A DNA stretch of 64,000 bases from positions 45,872-109,871 of the forward strand of contig DAOPJV010000001.1 in the NCBI GenBank assembly GCA_035399845.1, written 5' to 3'. The translations under genes and the position numbers were made by a program. Below are positions 28,119 through 36,246 of this stretch, one piece after another (position 1 is the first letter of the stretch; each line of letters begins with the position of its first letter). Origin of the DNA: Phycisphaerae bacterium. Its GTDB lineage: Bacteria > Planctomycetota > Phycisphaerae > UBA1845 > UTPLA1. Below the pieces are notes generated by a model, which was not told the origin of the DNA, ran no database searches, and saw only the letters and a list, made by a program, of their open reading frames with translations.

Positions 28119-30830
28119 CTAATCGGTGCCGATGTAACCCGTGAGTCGCCGCGCTTCGGCTTCGGCGTCGTCGCGCGATAGTCCGCCTTCGTGTTCGAGG
28201 ATGGCGGCGCGTTCTTCGTAGGCGTCGCGCAGCTCGTCCGCAGATTGTTCGGGGATTGAATCGCCCGAATCGCCCATACCGCCCGCGGCTGTTGAATCGC
28301 TCGCATCGGCAGCGCACTGGCTTGCATCGGATTCGGGCGGTACGTCGGGCGGTCCGGGCGGATCGGGGGCGTCAACCGCCCGACGATCGCCCGCCGTTCG
28401 TTCGTCGCCGTTCGCATCGTTTCGACTCTGCACATCGCAACTGGCGGATTGGGCGGTCTGGGCGGTTCGTCGCAGGGAATATCTGCGAGTCTTGTCCGTT
28501 TTGCGCGGGGTGATGACATCAACGCCAACAGCGCCGAGCGCAGGCGCGAGGCGCTTCAGGCGTCCCGACATTGCGCAGGCGTTGCGGGGCCACTTCGGCG
28601 GCGCTTGCTCGGGCGTGATCCGCTTGAGCAGTTCGCCCGCCGGTCCCTCCCATTCGCCGCATGATTGCACGAGCTGGACGATCGCCGCGCCCACGGGATC
28701 GTCGTCGATGATCGTCGCCGCAATCTGACCACGCTGGCCGAGATAAAGGTCGAGCGCATTCGTTCCCAATACGGCGTCCATCGCCGCCAGGATGCGAGAG
28801 AAATCCGCGAGGCGATCCGATGGGGGGATCTCCGTCGATTCGAGTAGATCCATCACGGGCGCGACGATATCGAGAAGCGCTCCAAGTATCCGGGGCCATC
28901 GTTCGGCGAATGCCGAGTGTAGCGCCGACTCGGATCGTCGCCGGGTTTCGTCGATGCGTTCCAGTTCCACGAGCAGCAGACGCGAGCCCAGATCGCCTTG
29001 AAGTGATCCGGCGTCGATGCTCGTGATTGCAACGACTCGCCGGAATTGTGTGATTGCGAGATCGCCGTCAGTGTACAATTTGCGGCGGATATGACCGTCG
29101 CCCGTGGACGCCTTGCAGAGCGCATCACTCCACCAATGCGGAATCGCGGAGACGTTGTCGATCATCACGCCCCAGCTTCCCGCCGCCGCCGTCGCCCAAG
29201 ACTCGATATCTTTCGGTTGCGACCGGCGCGGGACGGGGCTCGGATCGAACAGCGTGACGAGAATGCCGCCAACGGTTGACTTACCGCTTCCCGCCATGCC
29301 GCCAATCATCAGGATCGGGTGATCGATGTCCGGCTTAAATGCCGCTACGAGCCATCCGAGCAGCAGGGGCCAGGAATCGTCCGACACATTCAGCAGCTCG
29401 CGCAGCTCGGCGACATCGCCGCCGGGCAGGGGCTCGGGCAGCTCGTTTGTAAGCGCTGTCCGTCGGAACAGCACAGGCGATTCGCCTGTAACCCGCCACG
29501 CGCCGCGCTCGATGATGATCGCCCGACCGTCGGCGTCGCCGATGTCCACGACGATTCGGCCGTCAGTTTCGACGATCCGCAGGTGGATCGGCTCGCGCTC
29601 CGCGTGATACGCCTGTCCGCTCAGCGCCGTCATTGCGTCATTCAGTGCCGACGCGCTCGGGACCTTTTGGTAGGTCGCAAGATACCGCCGCGACAACTCG
29701 CTTCTTACGGCGTCCCTTCCCCCGCGGAGCATTAGCGCGACGTTGGGACCGCCCCGACGAACAGCGAACGGTTCCCCGTCGTTGGATTGGCCGATGCGGT
29801 ATTCGTCTTGCGCGAGCTGAATCAGCAGCTCCGCCTGCGTCGGCGGTTTTCCGGGCTTCGATTCCTTCGCGTTTTCCTTCAGCGTGGCGAGCAGCTCCGC
29901 CCCCGCCGCCTTGCACGCATCCGCGTTCGACGTATCGAGGCCCGCGGTAAGCCGTTGGGCGAGCCATGCGCGAATGTCCTTTGCGCCATCTGGCGGTAGG
30001 GTCCACGCGACAGGCTCCCGCCATTCGGACGCCAGCCGTTTTGCGATCGACTTCGCGCCATCACGACCGGGCCAGGCGCCGCCGTCCTTCCCGTCATTCT
30101 CACCGACGACGATAACCGCCACGCCGTCCAGCAGCTCCGCGAGCTGTTCACCGCCGCCGGTGTTTGACGGACGCCCGACGGCCCGGAGCTGGAGCGACTC
30201 GCAGGCCGCGACGTCGGACGCGCCTTCGACGATCAGGACGGGGCCGGCGCGATTCCGCAGGGATGTTGGGACAATCAGGCCGCGGCGCGATCCCGTGTCG
30301 CCCTTCGGCGAGCCCTTGGCGCCATCGGGAGCGCGAAGAGATACGCCGACGATCCGCCCGCGTCCGTCCCGCTCGGGGAACGCGCATGCGCCGCTGGGCC
30401 GTTTGGCTTTCCAGGAGTCGCCGCCGCTCGCGCGGTATCGCTTCAGGTCCGCCGTCGTCGCCCAGCCGACGCCGATGGATCGAAGCGCGTCGGGCGAGAC
30501 GCCGAGCGTCGCCGCCAGCTCTGCCAGTGCGCCGTCCGCGAGCTGTCCCGTGAGCCGTTTCGATTCAGTGTTCCAGTCGATCGCCGACGGGGCGGGGGGG
30601 CGAGTATCTTGGCGGATCGGCTTCCGCGACGATCTCCGCGGCGAGCCGCCGCAGTCATCGACGGGCCGGAATATCGCGCCGCCATCCTTCGGCTTCACGA
30701 GCCGCATTCCAGGCGGCGCTCCGGTTGATCGTTCGCACTTCAGTGCGCCATCGTCGGCCCACGCGCACCAGTCCGGCTTCTTGCAGGCGGGACAGGGCTT
30801 GCGCTTAGTAACGGGTGTCCAACGCGTCAT
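28119..30830 (-). CDS. Primase-helicase: N-terminal Zn-binding motif, Toprim domain, P-loop NTPase (P4 alpha / D5-like)
   Basis: CPACKKPDWC...C at the N-terminus. Toprim-like LIVEGASDVAACE...VIVVGENDGKDGG. Walker A MIGGMAGSGKST with a downstream hydrophobic-D (VMIDNV). The ATG overlaps the stop of the upstream HTH gene as ATGA. Confidence 0.8.
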   Translation of the reverse strand: MTRWTPVTKRKPCPACKKPDWCAWADDGALKCERSTGAPPGMRLVKPKDGGAIFRPVDDCGGSPRRSSRKPIRQDTRPPAPSAIDWNTESKRLTGQLADGALAELAATLGVSPDALRSIGVGWATTADLKRYRASGGDSWKAKRPSGACAFPERDGRGRIVGVSLRAPDGAKGSPKGDTGSRRGLIVPTSLRNRAGPVLIVEGASDVAACESLQLRAVGRPSNTGGGEQLAELLDGVAVIVVGENDGKDGGAWPGRDGAKSIAKRLASEWREPVAWTLPPDGAKDIRAWLAQRLTAGLDTSNADACKAAGAELLATLKENAKESKPGKPPTQAELLIQLAQDEYRIGQSNDGEPFAVRRGGPNVALMLRGGRDAVRSELSRRYLATYQKVPSASALNDAMTALSGQAYHAEREPIHLRIVETDGRIVVDIGDADGRAIIIERGAWRVTGESPVLFRRTALTNELPEPLPGGDVAELRELLNVSDDSWPLLLGWLVAAFKPDIDHPILMIGGMAGSGKSTVGGILVTLFDPSPVPRRSQPKDIESWATAAAGSWGVMIDNVSAIPHWWSDALCKASTGDGHIRRKLYTDGDLAITQFRRVVAITSIDAGSLQGDLGSRLLLVELERIDETRRRSESALHSAFAERWPRILGALLDIVAPVMDLLESTEIPPSDRLADFSRILAAMDAVLGTNALDLYLGQRGQIAATIIDDDPVGAAIVQLVQSCGEWEGPAGELLKRITPEQAPPKWPRNACAMSGRLKRLAPALGAVGVDVITPRKTDKTRRYSLRRTAQTAQSASCDVQSRNDANGDERTAGDRRAVDAPDPPGPPDVPPESDASQCAADASDSTAAGGMGDSGDSIPEQSADELRDAYEERAAILEHEGGLSRDDAEAEARRLTGYIGTD

Positions 30831-31024
30831 CGGCCCGCCCCTTCCCGCTGAGCCGCATCAGATTGTTCGGCGATCCACGCGTCAATCTGGGCGGAGGGCC
30901 ATCTAACGGAACGTCCCAAGCGGATCGGTTCGGGTAACTTCCCGGCGGCCAGTAGCTTCCACAATTGGCGTTCTGAGATACACAGTCGCTTGGCGACGGT
31001 TCGAGCAGTTTCGAGTTCGGACAT
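30827..31024 (-). CDS. AlpA/excisionase-family HTH DNA-binding protein
   Basis: MSELETARTVAKRLCISERQLWKLLAAGKLPEPIRLGRSVRWPSAQIDAWI matches the HTH_17/AlpA pattern (...RW....). The start was moved to the ATG at 31024. Confidence 0.7.
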   Translation of the reverse strand: MSELETARTVAKRLCISERQLWKLLAAGKLPEPIRLGRSVRWPSAQIDAWIAEQSDAAQREGAGR

Positions 31025-31092
31025 AACAATTCTCCCGTCGGCAACACACAATCGCGTTGCGGACGAGAGAAAACGTAAGTCCGGATTCGGTT

Positions 31093-31176
31093 CTGCAATT
31101 TGCAATTGCGCTAATTGCAGAATTGCAGTGATTGCCTAGGAATTGCTGCGAAACAAATTCGTAATGATAATTGCGA
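31093..31176. repeat. Iteron cluster: 6-7 copies of AATTGC(A/G/T) at 8-11-bp spacing, plus an inverted copy
   Basis: aattgc occurs at 31104, 31113, 31121, 31141 and 31169. Variants are aatttgc at 31097 and gattgc at 31130. ctgcaatt (31093-31100) is the inverse of aattgcag. The palindrome gcaattgc lies at 31102-31109. Confidence 0.7.
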
Positions 31177-31195
31177 GGCGTGGGTTCTGGCCTTG

Positions 31196-31876
31196 CTACT
31201 TGGCGAATTTGCGAACGTCATCGCGATGGTAGAGTTTTCGTACCTTCTTGCCTTGGTCATCGTGGAAGCCACGTGGAGCTTTTCGGGTACGTATCTTCGG
31301 TGGACAACTGTTTGCCGCCCGCGACAGTTCATGAGGAAGGACGCCGTAATGCTGTTGCGCTTGTGATGCCGTGATGAAGTTCTCATAGGCCCGGCTATCT
31401 CTCTCGCCTGGCTTTATCCGGTTTCGTGAGTGGTCTCCAGTTTCAGCTATCTCGGCTTGACGTTCGAGCAGGTGTCGCAGCTTTGGGAGCCACTTTCGGA
31501 GCGGCTCGATTGTCAAGTCCGTTTCAACGTAAACTGTGTCTGGTGGCGTGTTCCGAAATCCGGCACTAGCGCCGGGAACAATTGGCCTGTGCAAGAAAAA
31601 AGGGGGGGTGTTCCGGTTATTGTGTTTGTACATCGGCTCGACCTGCATTCGCAGGAAGCCAAAACGCTGGTCGATTTCATGCGTATCCGAACGCGGAAGC
31701 CGTCGCCGCAGGATGTCCATCGATCGAGCCGCTTGTAACACAAGCGATGCGATGTCCTTGAAGAAGAATCCCTTCATGCCATTGCCCACTAGATCGAACC
31801 CCGAGTTAGATAGGTAATCGGAGAGTCGCTTCCAGGGGTCGTATAGTAAATCGACTTCGTTGGCTGCGTTTCGCAT
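31196..31876 (-). CDS. Hypothetical island protein (226 aa), possible C-terminal HTH
   Basis: Coding-like composition from the ATG at 31876 (MRNAANEVDLLYDPWKRL...). The C-terminal ITASQAQQHYGVLPHELSRAA...KLYHRDDVRKFA looks HTH-like. I recognise no family. The track ORF's upstream extension overlaps the divergent gene's leader. Confidence 0.45.
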   Translation of the reverse strand: MRNAANEVDLLYDPWKRLSDYLSNSGFDLVGNGMKGFFFKDIASLVLQAARSMDILRRRLPRSDTHEIDQRFGFLRMQVEPMYKHNNRNTPPFFLHRPIVPGASAGFRNTPPDTVYVETDLTIEPLRKWLPKLRHLLERQAEIAETGDHSRNRIKPGERDSRAYENFITASQAQQHYGVLPHELSRAANSCPPKIRTRKAPRGFHDDQGKKVRKLYHRDDVRKFAK

Positions 31877-32042
31877 CGGTGATACCCTCGCCGCCGGATC
31901 GCGCCGAACGCGTCGACAGTCGGGTATCGATGCCGCCGACGCGTCCAGCGCCCCAAAATCTGATTTGGGCCGGTATTTCAATTGTAAGGGGCGGCGCACA
32001 CACCGAGAATACCGTAGAATGGGCGTGAATCGAGGTGGACAT

Positions 32043-33314
32043 ATGAGAATCACGTCAACCGAGCGGGCATGTTTCGGCGTGTCGTTGATCGTCCTATTGG
32101 GTATTGCGTCTTCACTGAGTGCATGTGATCCCGAGTGGACTCTGATTGGAGATGTAGACGGCGCGATATTCGATATTGCGATGATCGATCTGGGGGGAGG
32201 TCCCAGCCTATACGTGGCTGGCGACTTTAGCGCTATTGATGGCGTGAGCGCCAACAACATCGCACGACTGACCAGCTCGGGATGGGAGCCTCTGCCGGGG
32301 GACGGATTCCTAACGGGAAATCAGACGCGAATCCGGGCAATTGGCGAATTCAATGGTGAGTTGTTTATCGGCGGCTCCAGCTTCCCGAGTAACTTCGGGT
32401 GCAATCACGTTGCCAGGTTCGACGGAGCCTTGTGGGATCTTATCTTCGGAGACTGCGTTCTCACGGTTACTACAACAGTCGAGTCGATCGGCGGGCTCCT
32501 GTATATAGGCAGCGACGACGCGCCGGGCGGGCTCCTCACTTGGGACGGATTCGGTGCGAGCACGATTACGACAGATCGCGTGCGAGACATTGTAGAGTAT
32601 TCCAATGGTATCTACGTGGCCAAGTCGTTCGAGAGCGGTGGTGGTGTATGGTCGATCGCGCCCGGAGGTTGGGTTGATATTGCCAACAGCAGCTTCGCAA
32701 CCAATCTCACTACGTGGAACGGCGACCTCTTCGCGGGTGGCGGGTTTGACGCATTTGGTGGCGCTCCAGGGACCAACAACATTTCCGCATGGGACGGTGT
32801 ACAGTGGCGCCGTCTTGGAGCGGGGACAAATGGGCCGGTTCAAGCTTTGTCGGCGGTTGAATCCGGACTCATGAACGGACTATATGTCGGAGGCGATTTC
32901 TCGTTTGCAGGCAGCGCCATCACGAACAAGATTGCGAAATGGAATGGAGTGAATTGGGAGCCAGTTGGAGAAGGTCTGCCAAGCCCAGTAACGAGAATTC
33001 TCGCAACGCCTTCCGCCGTGTTTGCGGCCAGCTACGATGTTTACATGTGGGCCTGCCCGAGCGCCACGAATGATTGCGACGGAGACGGAACGCCAGACGA
33101 TCAGGAGTGTGACTTTGACGGTGATGGCGTCATCGATGATTGTGATGACGATGTGGACGGGGATGGCGTCCCAAACGAGTTTGACCTATGCCAATTCACC
33201 AATCCCGAAACCGCAGTTGACGGTGACGGTCGCCCGCGTGGCGACATGAATGATGATTGTCTCTTGAATGGAGTAGACCTTCAGCTCTACGTATCAGCGC
33301 TCTTAGGTCACTGA
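32043..33314 (+). CDS. Island-borne lipoprotein: repeat (propeller-like) region, thrombospondin-type-3-like Ca loops, dockerin-like C-terminus
   Basis: GAGGTGG RBS before the ATG at 32043. The lipobox-type signal is VSLIVLLGIASSLSAC. Repeated W(D/N)G...W..LG units are present. DCDGDGTPDDQECDFDGDGVIDDCDDDVDGDGVPNEFD is followed by the terminal GDMNDDCLLNGVDLQLYVSALLGH. Confidence 0.7.
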   Translation: MRITSTERACFGVSLIVLLGIASSLSACDPEWTLIGDVDGAIFDIAMIDLGGGPSLYVAGDFSAIDGVSANNIARLTSSGWEPLPGDGFLTGNQTRIRAIGEFNGELFIGGSSFPSNFGCNHVARFDGALWDLIFGDCVLTVTTTVESIGGLLYIGSDDAPGGLLTWDGFGASTITTDRVRDIVEYSNGIYVAKSFESGGGVWSIAPGGWVDIANSSFATNLTTWNGDLFAGGGFDAFGGAPGTNNISAWDGVQWRRLGAGTNGPVQALSAVESGLMNGLYVGGDFSFAGSAITNKIAKWNGVNWEPVGEGLPSPVTRILATPSAVFAASYDVYMWACPSATNDCDGDGTPDDQECDFDGDGVIDDCDDDVDGDGVPNEFDLCQFTNPETAVDGDGRPRGDMNDDCLLNGVDLQLYVSALLGH

Positions 33315-33372
33315 CGCCGATGACGATCCCGCTATCGTTACATCACACGCGTTGCTCGTGTGTATCGTTCCA

Positions 33373-33648
33373 CTAGACAAAAGAAAAGTCCACGCCCCGT
33401 ATTATTTTGGCCGGAACAAGCCGCCCCAGTTCATCGTGACTCCCGCACGACAGGAATGCGAAGACGTCGCTCCCGATTTCGATTTGCGTTATCCCGCCCG
33501 GATCGTAGATGCCCGCCAGGATCGCCGAGAATGCGGCGCGAGCGCAATCTGTGCAAAGCGACATAGCGTGACTTTCAGCGCCCGCGAACGCCACGATGCG
33601 ATCGTTGGCGGGCGTGGCGCCGCAATCGGGACATGCGCAACGATTCAC
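33373..33648 (-). CDS. Small zinc-ribbon protein
   Basis: The GTG start at 33648 is preceded by AGGAG and overlaps the upstream stop as GTGA. The sequence is VNRCACPDCG...(22 aa)...CTDCARAA, i.e. two Cys pairs. Confidence 0.45.
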   Translation of the reverse strand: MNRCACPDCGATPANDRIVAFAGAESHAMSLCTDCARAAFSAILAGIYDPGGITQIEIGSDVFAFLSCGSHDELGRLVPAKIIRGVDFSFV

Positions 33649-33998
33649 GATTTCTCCTGATTCCGCATCGCGGCGATCGCAGCGAATAACGTCGGCATTC
33701 TTTCCCCTCCCGATGTCAAGTCTTGTCGGTCCGACTGCTGTAGGTGTTGCTTGCCGCACCAGATCAGCATCGTCGGGTTTCCGCTGATTGCCGCCGAGTA
33801 TTGCGCCTGCAGGAGCGCCGCCTTGCCCGCCGCTCTTTTTTGGGCGCAAAGTTCCCCGAAATTCCGTCGGAACGTCTCTTCCGCTATCCCCAACGATCGG
33901 GCAATCGTCAGGTCCCGACATTGGGCGACGGCCATCGACTCGACTCTAGCGAGCTGTTCGGCGCTCAACTTCAGCTTGGGGCGTCCACGAGTAGCCAT
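33645..33998 (-). CDS. HTH protein resembling phage small-terminase / gp3-type DNA-binding proteins
   Basis: MATRGRPKLKLSAEQLARVESMAVAQCRDLTIARSLGIAEETFRRNF...AISGNPTMLIWCGKQHLQQSD follows the pattern GRP....E.......G....IA..LGI...TF.......GN....IW..K commonly seen in terminase small subunits. This is from recall only. Confidence 0.5.
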   Translation of the reverse strand: MATRGRPKLKLSAEQLARVESMAVAQCRDLTIARSLGIAEETFRRNFGELCAQKRAAGKAALLQAQYSAAISGNPTMLIWCGKQHLQQSDRQDLTSGGERMPTLFAAIAAMRNQEKS

Positions 33999-34169
33999 GC
34001 CGGAATCCTATGTTTGAGCAATAATGATGATCGAGCCCATTGCTGATGCATCAACGGGGCTTTGAATCAATAGATCCGCTCAATATGATATGCAATTGTT
34101 GGAATCAGGGCACAATTCGAATTAAGACTTGGGGCGCGACAAGGCCGGACATCGATGGGAGGATGTCTC

Positions 34170-35024
34170 ATGGACTTCTGTGCAGTAGATGTCGAAACGG
34201 CGAATCCCGACCTGGCGTCGATTTGCCAGCTTGCTGTCGTAACGTTCAAGGATGGACGCGCCATCGATGAATGGGCGACATACATCGATCCCGATGACTA
34301 CTTCGATCCCTGCAACGTTTCGATACACGGGATTGACGAGGAGACTGTCGATGGGGCGCCGACATTTCAAGAGGTTTCGGAACAGCTACGCGCGGTTCTA
34401 GGGGCGCGCGTGGCTGTTTGCCACACGCATTTTGACCGCGTCGCAATCAACCGAGCTTCCCATGGCTGGAAAGTGCCTGCGCCACAATGCACATGGCTGG
34501 ATTCTGCGTGTGTAGCTCGGAGGGCATGGCCGGAGTTCGCTTCGCAGGGATATGGGCTCAAGAGTATCTGCGAATCGCTTTCCTACGAATTCAGACATCA
34601 CGACGCGCTTGAGGATGCGAAGGCTTGCGGACACATTCTGATATCGGCGGGGAAAAAATGCGGGCTGGAACTAGACGGATGGATGAAACGAGTGCGACAG
34701 CCGATTGACCCCACGGAATCCGAACCGATTAGAAGGGAAGGGAATCCAGAGGGACCCTTATACGGCGAAATCCTGGTCTTTACGGGGGCACTTGAGTTGC
34801 CCAGGCGAGCGGCGGCCGACATTGCAGCGCAGCTCGGTTGTCGTGTGGATAGTGGCGTCACGAAGAACACGACGTTGTTGGTTGTCGGCGATCAGGACGT
34901 GACCAAACTGGCCGGCCACAAGAAGAGCGCCAAGCATCGCAAGGCCGAGCAAATCATAGAAAAAGGGGGGGCCATTCGTATTCTCAGGGAGACGGACTTC
35001 AAGGAGCTTGCATCGCAAGTCTAG
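34170..35024 (+). CDS. DEDDh 3'-5' exonuclease (DnaQ-like) fused to a BRCT domain
   Basis: Exo I FCAVDVETANPD, Exo II VCHTHFDRVAI, Exo III HHDALEDAKACGHIL. The C-terminal ILVFTGAL...RRAAADIAAQLGCRVDSGVTKNTTLLVVGD is BRCT-like. The ATG at 34170 has a GGGAGG RBS, and the track start at 34155 is also possible. Confidence 0.8.
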   Translation: MDFCAVDVETANPDLASICQLAVVTFKDGRAIDEWATYIDPDDYFDPCNVSIHGIDEETVDGAPTFQEVSEQLRAVLGARVAVCHTHFDRVAINRASHGWKVPAPQCTWLDSACVARRAWPEFASQGYGLKSICESLSYEFRHHDALEDAKACGHILISAGKKCGLELDGWMKRVRQPIDPTESEPIRREGNPEGPLYGEILVFTGALELPRRAAADIAAQLGCRVDSGVTKNTTLLVVGDQDVTKLAGHKKSAKHRKAEQIIEKGGAIRILRETDFKELASQV

Positions 35025-35213
35025 CAATCACAAATCTCAACTAGTTGGCAGATCTTTCGTCGCGCGACGTCCGATAGCTTCGGCCAAGCCGCGATGATCC
35101 GAGCCAGATCGGGGTCGATTTCGCCCGAAACTGCAGCGCTCGCAGCGCATTCTGCAGCGCTCGCCTTGGGTGAGATTCGTAAGTCCTTGCAATCACAGCT
35201 CGTTACGTCGCCA

Positions 35214-35235
35214 GGTTCGAGTCCCTCAGCGCCCA
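35214..35235 (+). repeat. attR: duplicated 3' end of tRNA-Val
   Basis: ggttcgagtccctcagcgccca is identical to 26759-26780. Confidence 0.85.
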
Positions 35236-35299
35236 GTTCACTTCTTTTCACGACGTAACGCTTACGAATCAATGACGAACACGCCGGGGTCCTTCCGGA

Positions 35300-35603
35300 T
35301 CGCGCGCCGGTTGTCGCGCGCGATTCCGTGCCGGGCCAGTCATGGCTCGGCCCTTCCGTCGGTCGTTGCGCGGCTCGTCGATCGGTTACGTGCGATTGAG
35401 CGATGGTTGTTGCATGGCGACTGCCGCCTGACTGCGGCGGCTCGGTGTGGGGCGACTCGGCGGCCAGGACGGTGAAGGCGGTGGCTCGGCCTGTCTCGCT
35501 GCGCTGGCCTGTTCCCTGGCGGTCACAGTTCGGTCATGCGCGCCCGGCGTGCGGTTGCGAGCCGGGCCGGTCATGGCTCGGCCTTTCCGTCGGTCGTTGC
35601 GCG
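35300..35603 (+). repeat. Long modular repeat, array 1 (one full ~245-bp unit plus a truncated unit)
   Basis: The unit runs: hairpin ccgagccgggccagtcatggctcgg; ttccgtcggtcgttgcgcgg...; hairpin ccgccgcctgactgcggcgg; then the core cgctgcgctggcctgttccctggcggtcacagttcggt (35497-35534). The second unit breaks after cggtcgttgcgcg at 35603. Confidence 0.85.
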
Positions 35604-35615
35604 TGCTGTTGTCGA

Positions 35616-35906
35616 TCACTCGCCACCATTTATTGTCCGAACGAATCCGATGATGCACCAGACGATTCCCAACACCCACGTCGGTATTACCAGAAACCAA
35701 CCGCCGTAGGACGACGTCAGCCAGTGTGCGTTGTTACGGCGGGAGGACTTCCAATACTCGTATCGAATGCGCAGATCAAAGAATGCAACCAGGGGTCCGC
35801 CGAAGAGCATGACAGTCGAATGGTCAAGACTCCCTCCCCCCAGAATTCCGACGCCATAGACCGAGCCAAGCCCCAATAGCGCCGAACAGAATCCCAATTT
35901 GTTCAT
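35616..35906 (-). CDS. Small membrane protein (about 96 aa) inside an A/T-richer insert
   Basis: MNKLGFCSALLGLGSVYGVGILGG...GGPLVAFFDLRI...GGWFLVIPTWVLGIVWCIIGF has three hydrophobic helices. The start is uncertain, since in-frame ATGs exist upstream as far as 36125. Confidence 0.5.
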   Translation of the reverse strand: MNKLGFCSALLGLGSVYGVGILGGGSLDHSTVMLFGGPLVAFFDLRIRYEYWKSSRRNNAHWLTSSYGGWFLVIPTWVLGIVWCIIGFVRTINGGE

Positions 35907-36246
35907 GAGAAGAAAGCCACCTGTTGAATCAGATGCGAACGACCTATGCAGGTAGTTACGTATGCTCCTCATGACCGACATCCTACCAGAACCAATTCGG
36001 CGACTCATTGAAAACACGGGATATCCGATGGGACCCGACACGATCAGGGGCGGCGGACGGTTCAAATACCGCCGACGGATTAGGGTCCCATCTGGACCGA
36101 ATGGCATTCGATCCCGCAATGCCATTGGAAGTGGGTGGGACGGCCGGGGTCATTCGCACTCGCGATCGGGCAATTCGCTGTCAAACCTCCCTTTGTCACG
36201 GGCATTGTTGATGCGGGGGCGTGATTGGAACTCGAATCGGTCGTTG

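Larger units (their letters stand above)
26759..35235. mobile_element. Integrative element (~8.5 kb) in the 3' end of tRNA-Val; P4/PICI-like satellite-type gene set
   Basis: The 22-bp direct repeat ggttcgagtccctcagcgccca occurs at 26759-26780 (tRNA T-arm/acceptor) and at 35214-35235. A tyrosine integrase abuts the tRNA, followed by the AlpA-like, primase-helicase and iteron elements. No capsid, tail or conjugation genes are seen. Parts look A/T-richer by eye. Confidence 0.8.

Noticed and set aside
35021-35272. The 83-aa ORF considered as an independent gene.
   Set aside because: Its only start is a TTG outside the island, and its first 20 codons cross the att core and the tRNA-derived sequence. 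It is better explained as the detached 3' part of the integrase reading frame (see finding) than as a stand-alone gene.
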